From: a virus
Taxonomy: Duplodnaviria > Caudoviricetes
IMG/VR virus record: IMGVR_UViG_2660238492_000006
Coordinates: 1 to 64,000 of that record
Strand: one strand, 5' to 3'
DNA: 64,000 nt
The translations under genes and the position numbers were made by a program. The notes under the pieces are model-generated. The model had not been told where the DNA came from and made no database searches. It saw nothing but the letters and a program-made list of their open reading frames with translations. This document shows positions 57,901 through 64,000 of the stretch, one piece after another. Within the stretch, counting starts at the first letter, position 1; each line of letters starts with the position of its first letter.

Positions 57901-59853
57901 CTACTTTCTATTCTTTTGAGCTGCTTTTATAGAGTTCATTATCTCATCAAAATTATTAGCTTCTACTTTATGAATAGTTATATTATATTTAGCCTTATCA
58001 TCATTATTTATCTCATATTTTAATTTACTTTTTTCATCATCTGATAACTTATTATTTTTATCTATTGCAGTACTTGCATTTGCATCAGTTAATAGCTTAG
58101 GACCCATCATAGGATTATCACTGTATAAAAGCCATTTAGGAATTCCAAATTTATTGTTCAACCAATTTAGATCATTTTTATTTCTTTCTTGTCTATCTTC
58201 TGCTGTCATTTTAGTTCCTTTACTTCCAAGTATTCCATAATCAGTTTTTATTCCTAAAGCATTATATACCCAATCTAATTTTCCACTAAACCAATCACCA
58301 GTAGCATCTAACCAATTTCCTTGAGCAATATCTGCTCCAACTTGAAAATCTGTAGTTTTATTTATTACTTCATTTCCAACTACTTTTTCTACTAATGAAG
58401 GTAAGTTATCTATAAGTTTATCAAGTTGCCCACTGTTAACAAAATTATTAATTAAATTAGCTAAAGCACCTCCAATTTTTGTTATAGATTCAGCTACTTT
58501 ATTTATGGTATCAGGTTCTAATGCATCACTAAATGCGTTTGAAATTGATGTAAATACACTACCAAATGAATTTCCGATTGTTTCTAGACCCTTAACAGTA
58601 TTTGCATCCTCTAATTTATCTTTCAAATTATCAACCATTTCAGCAACAGCAGCAAAAACCCCACCTTCTTTTGCAGTACCATTAATAGTATCAATCCCCA
58701 TTATTTCGGATTTTAGATTTGCCCAAACCCCTTCTAATCTTTCTAATTTACCTTTAACTGATTTAGCATAAGTTTCAGCATAACCATTCATAGGAGATTG
58801 TTCGATATAGCTAGCGAGTAAATTAAAATATTTTTGGGGATCACCAGCTGTACCTTTTTTGCTTAATGCACCTTTAAGGGATTTGTATTCTTCAGGATTA
58901 GATTTTTTTAAACTGTCATAATGACTTTTAAGATTTTTATTATTTATTCCATACATTTGTAGCATGGCAATTCTACCTTCAATGGCTTCTTTAACTGCTA
59001 ATCCTATGTGGCTTGTTTCTACTTCATCTCTAGTACCTGCTACGTCTAAAAGCTTTTCTAATTGATCTCTTGTAGGGGTTATACTCATCTGCGCTAGTTT
59101 TGATGTAATATCTATTGTATCTGTTTCACTAGCATATGTTTTTTTTGCTTCATATGTTGCATTTTGATATGCTTCTAATCCTTTTTGTTCATCACCATAA
59201 AATAAATTAAGTTTCATTCTACCGGTTTCAAAATCCATGGATTCTTCAACAGCACTTTTAACTCCATCATAACTGAATAATCCATCAGATACTTTATTGA
59301 GTATTCCAAAACCTTGTTCCATCCAATTATTCATAGTTTTCATAACTGCAATACTTGCCGTAATGCCTGCACCTATAAGACCTAGTTTCCCTATTATTCC
59401 ACCAAACCCACTTTGCAAAAAGCTTTGTGCAAAATCTTTAAATCCATCAGAACCACCTGAGCCACCAGAACTAGAACCACCGCCACCATTCCATATATTA
59501 TTGGATTCGTGTTCAGCCTTTGAATATGCATCTTGTATATTCATTCCCAACTTTATATATTTCTGTGCTAGTCCTTCTATTGTTTTCTCTTGATTCTGTT
59601 TAACTCTATCATTTGCTTTATTAATTGCATCAGCAACACTATCACCTTTTTGAATAAACTTTTGTGCTATTTTATCAACTTGTTGGGAAGTTTTAGTTGT
59701 ATCATTTATTATTTTCTGATTACTATTAACAACACTACTAGCAAATTGTTCAAACTTAGTTTCTGATGCTAATATTCCATTTGCAAATCTTTGAAATGCA
59801 CTAGTATAGTTATCCTCAATTGACAGCCTACCACCTAATATGTTTTCTGCCAT
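57901..59853 (-). CDS. tape measure protein (phage B)
   Basis: length, composition and position after the chaperones. Confidence 0.8.
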   Translation of the reverse strand: MAENILGGRLSIEDNYTSAFQRFANGILASETKFEQFASSVVNSNQKIINDTTKTSQQVDKIAQKFIQKGDSVADAINKANDRVKQNQEKTIEGLAQKYIKLGMNIQDAYSKAEHESNNIWNGGGGSSSGGSGGSDGFKDFAQSFLQSGFGGIIGKLGLIGAGITASIAVMKTMNNWMEQGFGILNKVSDGLFSYDGVKSAVEESMDFETGRMKLNLFYGDEQKGLEAYQNATYEAKKTYASETDTIDITSKLAQMSITPTRDQLEKLLDVAGTRDEVETSHIGLAVKEAIEGRIAMLQMYGINNKNLKSHYDSLKKSNPEEYKSLKGALSKKGTAGDPQKYFNLLASYIEQSPMNGYAETYAKSVKGKLERLEGVWANLKSEIMGIDTINGTAKEGGVFAAVAEMVDNLKDKLEDANTVKGLETIGNSFGSVFTSISNAFSDALEPDTINKVAESITKIGGALANLINNFVNSGQLDKLIDNLPSLVEKVVGNEVINKTTDFQVGADIAQGNWLDATGDWFSGKLDWVYNALGIKTDYGILGSKGTKMTAEDRQERNKNDLNWLNNKFGIPKWLLYSDNPMMGPKLLTDANASTAIDKNNKLSDDEKSKLKYEINNDDKAKYNITIHKVEANNFDEIMNSIKAAQKNRK

Positions 59854-59865
59854 ATACCTCCCTCC

Positions 59866-60084
59866 TTATTTCTTTTTCGCATATGGGTTAGCTAATTTTC
59901 CTGTGTATTCTGCTAACGCTATGTTATTATCAGTTTCTTGTTTCTTCATCAATAGCATACTTTCTATCATAAATGTTTTTTCTAATTCAGATAAATTACA
60001 TAATTCTTTTAAAGTATGTCCGTGCTGAAGATAGTGAGATATCATATAAAGTTCTATATCTATCTCTTTACCATCTTCGGACAT
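59866..60084 (-). CDS. tail chaperone frameshift partner
   Basis: in the -1 frame from A AAA AAC at 60096-60090. Confidence 0.7.
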   Translation of the reverse strand: MSEDGKEIDIELYMISHYLQHGHTLKELCNLSELEKTFMIESMLLMKKQETDNNIALAEYTGKLANPYAKKK

Positions 60085-60086
60085 TA

Positions 60087-60485
60087 TTAGTTTTTTATTT
60101 CTTCACTTTCCTTCATGAACATTTCTTGTGGATCTAATTTACTTAAACCATTTAATTTATTTAAAAGCTCTGTTATTGCAAATATTTGATTTTCCCTAGG
60201 AAACAATCTTTCTACTATATTTAAAGAGTTAGTTGTGCATCCATAAGCTTCTAACAATTTGGGATCTCTTAATGAATCTATACTCATATATATCATTTTA
60301 TAAGTTCCTCTTTTTGCATCTTTTTTCATTTCAGCTCTAACATCTGCTAAATCACCTTTTGAAAGAGAATGTGCTTCAAACTCTCCCTTAAGTTTTTCGC
60401 AGTGTATCATTCCTCTTTGTTCTTTTGCTTCTTCTTTTAATTCTTCTTTTTTAGATATAATATCCTCTATAGTTAATAATGCCAT
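60087..60485 (-). CDS. XkdN-like tail assembly chaperone
   Basis: L.DP.L..AYGC; ends EEIKN. Confidence 0.8.
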   Translation of the reverse strand: MALLTIEDIISKKEELKEEAKEQRGMIHCEKLKGEFEAHSLSKGDLADVRAEMKKDAKRGTYKMIYMSIDSLRDPKLLEAYGCTTNSLNIVERLFPRENQIFAITELLNKLNGLSKLDPQEMFMKESEEIKN

Positions 60486-60538
60486 GTATAATCATCCTTT
60501 CAATTTAAAATTAAAAGGTAGAGCATTAAAATTTTACT

Positions 60539-61000
60539 CTACCAATCTTCTCCATCATCTATAATATTAGTATAATTACTATTCTCAATCATGAATCCTG
60601 CTTCAAAACTATCTTCTCCAAAATCATTTTCACTTGCTAATTTCATTAATACTGTTTTCCCTTTTATCCATGCTTTTGTTATAGCAATACTCTCTTCTTC
60701 TTCTCCATTAGGAGTATAATTTGTAGCTTCAAAATCAAAGACAAAATTTTGTAGCTTTTTAGCAGCTTCTAAAATTGCTGGTTTAAATCTGCTGTATCTT
60801 TTATTTAGTTTAAATGCTATAGTACATTTGTAACTCATTGTCACTTCTGCATCTGTAGCACTATTCATTAATGGCAAGTTCTTAGTATTAGGTTCAACGC
60901 TAATTTCACATTCTTTTAATTCAGCTAATTCAATACCATTTATTTTCATGTACCCCTTATTGGTTCTAACAACATCATAAGGATTTAATTGTTGGCTCAT
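60539..61000 (-). CDS. tail tube (XkdM-like)
   Basis: follows the sheath gene; size and sequence fit. Confidence 0.75.
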   Translation of the reverse strand: MSQQLNPYDVVRTNKGYMKINGIELAELKECEISVEPNTKNLPLMNSATDAEVTMSYKCTIAFKLNKRYSRFKPAILEAAKKLQNFVFDFEATNYTPNGEEEESIAITKAWIKGKTVLMKLASENDFGEDSFEAGFMIENSNYTNIIDDGEDW

Positions 61001-61015
61001 TCAATTCACTCCTTT

Positions 61016-62101
61016 CTAAGTTTCATATTGTAGACAAATATGAATGTCTTCAATACAATCCATAATTTTTAATGTAATTTTTATAAATACATAACTTCCT
61101 GTTTTAGCTTTTAAAACTTCTTCATCTTTCATTTCATCAGTATTAATGCCTTTACTTTCTAAATATTTTCTAGTAGCTTCAGCATCTAATTCAGCAAAAG
61201 ATTCTTCATCATTACTTAAGTAACCTTCATTACTTAAAGTTCTTAAATAAGAGTTCAGCTCATTTATCAATGTTTTTCTATTTTTATATGAGTTTCCTAT
61301 TTTGCCTAAATAGTGTGATTCAAATATTTTATTAGAATCTGATTTCACAAGATCCATAGTTTCAACAATTCTTATTTTAGATAATGCTTCTGATTGTGTA
61401 TTTTCGATAACTTCAAGTGAATTTACACCTCTTGAGTAAACAATGTTAGTACCATTGTTATATAAAAATAATTCCCCATTAGATACACACTCATTGTTGT
61501 CTACTTTCACATCACAACTTTTTACATTCTTTGCAATGTGGTTTGTAACAGCTTCATTTGCGCCCAAAGTACATAATGTAGCTGCTGTTTGTATTGTATA
61601 TTCTTCTGGAGAAATATCCCCTAAGTCTTTTCCAGTAAAATTTACTATCCCTTCAAAATTACTTTTATAATTGTAGAGTACAGCTTTTATTTGATAGTCT
61701 TCTTCTTTTCTTTGAGATTTAATAAAATCTGCTACCTTCTTTTTATCCTCATCTGTTTTAATTTGTGGTACTGCCAACCATCCATTTTCATTTACTTTAT
61801 TAAGTAATGATAATGATTTATCTAGAGAACCAGTTAATCCACTTTCAGCGTGTCCAACAGATACTATTAATGTTTTAACTCCATAATCAGCGAAAATTGT
61901 ACTTATAAGAGATTTATTCTTTTCTTCATATTTTTCAACAACTTTTTTTAATTTGGAATATTGATATACTCCTGAAGTTACAGTTGGATCATCTAGAATT
62001 AGAAAAAGCACTCCATGCTTTGCTCTAATATTGGCTGTCTCTGCTAATGCCTGTACTGTAAATTTAGTACCATGCATAGTATTACTTGTTGCCATACACA
62101 T
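61016..62101 (-). CDS. tail sheath (XkdK-like)
   Basis: RGVNSL, KIRIVE.MD, Y.GK..N.Y.N. Confidence 0.85.
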   Translation of the reverse strand: MCMATSNTMHGTKFTVQALAETANIRAKHGVLFLILDDPTVTSGVYQYSKLKKVVEKYEEKNKSLISTIFADYGVKTLIVSVGHAESGLTGSLDKSLSLLNKVNENGWLAVPQIKTDEDKKKVADFIKSQRKEEDYQIKAVLYNYKSNFEGIVNFTGKDLGDISPEEYTIQTAATLCTLGANEAVTNHIAKNVKSCDVKVDNNECVSNGELFLYNNGTNIVYSRGVNSLEVIENTQSEALSKIRIVETMDLVKSDSNKIFESHYLGKIGNSYKNRKTLINELNSYLRTLSNEGYLSNDEESFAELDAEATRKYLESKGINTDEMKDEEVLKAKTGSYVFIKITLKIMDCIEDIHICLQYET

Positions 62102-62151
62102 CTCTCCTTTCTAATTTTGTGCATAAAAATAAGACCAGTTATAACTAGTCC

Positions 62152-62595
62152 TTAATCACTAATATTTAGTTTTAATATTCCCATAAGCTTATCATAAGTT
62201 GCATCTGGAGTTTCTGGAACAGGTTCAGCTTTTCCATCATAAAAGTTTAGAGTCATCATAAAATTAAGACAATCTTCATTATAATTTATATCTTTATTAA
62301 GTATAGGTAACATCCTTGACTTAACACATATATGTTCATCAAACAATTCAGTTAAATCATCAATCATTTTTAAAGAATTTTCTTGTGTTTTAATATCTTC
62401 CACAAAGGTTATATAGATATTACAAAGTTTCTTTCTAAAATTAAAATGATTGGTGCTTTTTAGTGGTTTAATTTTAATACTAAATGTTGGAATGATTATC
62501 TCTTTTTTATTATCATCAATAAATATATTATTTTTAGGAAACCTATCTTTTAATGTTTTACATACACTATATAAAAGCTCCACATTTTCAATCAT
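62152..62595 (-). CDS. tail terminator protein
   Basis: synteny; P.F.I motif. Confidence 0.65.
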   Translation of the reverse strand: MIENVELLYSVCKTLKDRFPKNNIFIDDNKKEIIIPTFSIKIKPLKSTNHFNFRKKLCNIYITFVEDIKTQENSLKMIDDLTELFDEHICVKSRMLPILNKDINYNEDCLNFMMTLNFYDGKAEPVPETPDATYDKLMGILKLNISD

Positions 62596-63029
62596 TTAAA
62601 TGTATCACCTATCTTTCTTCTTAACTTTTCTGGTAATTCAGATTGTACTATGATTAAGCTATCTCTTACTGTATGCTTTCCTGGTACAAACTCTTTAACA
62701 AGCTTTTTACCAATAGAAGGAACATATTTTCCTACTTCTTGTTTATGACCGTTCTCATAAGCATCAGCATAAGGTGCTTGATTTGAGTCATATCCAACTT
62801 TAATAGAATGAATGTTATTTTCTATTTCAATTTTCCCACTAGTTGCAGATCTTCTTAAGTTTCCTGTTTTTACTGAGGTTCTAGCTTGAATTTCAGCAAC
62901 ACCTTCTATTGAACCTTCCATTAATGTATCATCTATAACATTATTTAATTGTTGTTTAGCGAAATTAATTTTACTTATGAACTCATTGAAACCAAAAGTA
63001 CTACTCATTATTCTCAACCTCAGTTTCAA
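62592..63029 (-). CDS. HK97 gp10-like protein
   Basis: VKTGNLRRS, YA...E.GH.Q..G.YVP.IGK.L. Confidence 0.8.
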   Translation of the reverse strand: MKLRLRIMSSTFGFNEFISKINFAKQQLNNVIDDTLMEGSIEGVAEIQARTSVKTGNLRRSATSGKIEIENNIHSIKVGYDSNQAPYADAYENGHKQEVGKYVPSIGKKLVKEFVPGKHTVRDSLIIVQSELPEKLRRKIGDTFK

Positions 63030-63357
63030 TAATCTTTATATCTTCTTTAGTTTCTAGTATCATCAAATCTAAATAATCATCCCATTCAATTATTTTTTGT
63101 ATAGAATAAAACTTATTTCTATAACCAATAACAGCACTTTCAGTTATTTCGCTATAAATATCAGAAAAAACTCTTTTAGTACACTCAATGTCATATCCAT
63201 AATCTTTTTTACATTTCTCAGCAGAATAAGGTTGTACATCCACCAAGTAAGGTGCATTACATGCATTTATATAGCCATCACGTGTTATTTTGTGTTCATC
63301 TTCATAAGGTCTATAGGTATAAATATTTATCTCTTTATCGTAGTACATAATCACCAC
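63001..63357 (-). CDS. head-tail adaptor/closure protein
   Basis: DVQPYS.E....DYG, Y.I.KI.EWD. Confidence 0.7.
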   Translation of the reverse strand: MVIMYYDKEINIYTYRPYEDEHKITRDGYINACNAPYLVDVQPYSAEKCKKDYGYDIECTKRVFSDIYSEITESAVIGYRNKFYSIQKIIEWDDYLDLMILETKEDIKIIETEVENNE

Positions 63358-63635
63358 ACCTTAAAATTAATTGGATTAGGCAATAAAGCCTTAATATCTT
63401 CTGTTATCACCCAAGCTTCAATATTATCCATAAAAGTAGTACTTCTATCACCTTGACTTTGTGATATAACTCCAACGCTTTCTTTAGTCTTTTCAATTTT
63501 TTTAGAATTTTTAATAAGCTGCTCTACTGCAAATGAATAATTAGTTAGAATATATTCATTAGTCCATTTGGAATTATTAAATACTTTAAGATATTTTTTT
63601 ATAATAAAAATAGCTTTTTCTTGATCTTTATCCAT
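63351..63635 (-). CDS. head-tail connector (gp6-like)
   Basis: S.SQG.RS.TF...IKALLP.P. Confidence 0.75.
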   Translation of the reverse strand: MDKDQEKAIFIIKKYLKVFNNSKWTNEYILTNYSFAVEQLIKNSKKIEKTKESVGVISQSQGDRSTTFMDNIEAWVITEDIKALLPNPINFKVW

Positions 63636-63646
63636 AGGTGTATCAC

Positions 63647-63904
63647 CTACTTTCTAAAATTATTTATTATAAAATTAATCAATTCATCTTTTCCTAACTT
63701 GCTATATCCTTCTAAATTATTATCTTTGCAAATATTCTTTAACTGATCCATTGTCATATTCATTAGTTCTTCTTGATTGAAGGTTTCCATATCATTATTT
63801 TCTGTTTTTTCTTCAACTATCTTAAAACCTAAAGAAACAAGCTTTTCAGCCTGTTCCTCAGTACTTACAATCTTTTGAACATTCATATTTTCAAGCTTTA
63901 TCAT
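63647..63904 (-). CDS. Rho-N-domain protein
   Basis: MT..QLK.IC....L.GYSKL.KDELI. Confidence 0.75.
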   Translation of the reverse strand: MIKLENMNVQKIVSTEEQAEKLVSLGFKIVEEKTENNDMETFNQEELMNMTMDQLKNICKDNNLEGYSKLGKDELINFIINNFRK

Positions 63905-63914
63905 TCAATCACTC

Positions 63915-64000
63915 CTATGCCTTAGCTTGCTTAATGCTTACATGTGATGCTTTAATTTTTTCATCTGTAATCCATAAATCATGATACTTTCTATAAGCAA
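63915..64000 (-). CDS. C-terminus of major capsid protein (partial)
   Basis: YRKYHDLWI...; runs off the window edge. Confidence 0.65.
   Translation of the reverse strand, partial: AYRKYHDLWITDEKIKASHVSIKQAKA

Overview
AT-rich Clostridium-type DNA that is almost entirely temperate phage. It holds two unrelated contractile-tail modules, both on the minus strand. Phage A (about 10.3-50.4 kb) has a complete DUF1073/DUF2213/DUF2184/DUF3383-type head and tail, terminases, early genes, repressors, ParA partitioning, a resolvase and a roughly 1-kb structured non-coding region where a plasmid Rep gene might be expected. Phage B has a PBSX/XkdK-T-type tail (50.4-64 kb), and probably also owns the lysis and accessory genes at 1-10.2 kb. 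The two share a roughly 99% identical 1,135-bp tail-fibre-tip cassette at an offset of 40,147 bp, so phage A looks like a circular phage-plasmid fused into phage B, or joined to it by the assembler. Main finding: this cassette, and several gene boundaries in the early region, are delimited by dyad sites of the form arm-6bp-arm (type TTCGCAATA-N6-TATTGCGAA). They lie near a small tyrosine recombinase, which suggests an integron/pdif-like cassette-exchange system that also swaps receptor-binding tips in frame. Second finding: the region next to parA has a ColE1-like layout of a long structured RNA overlapped by a short antisense RNA. All family assignments are from motif recognition by eye; no database search was run.
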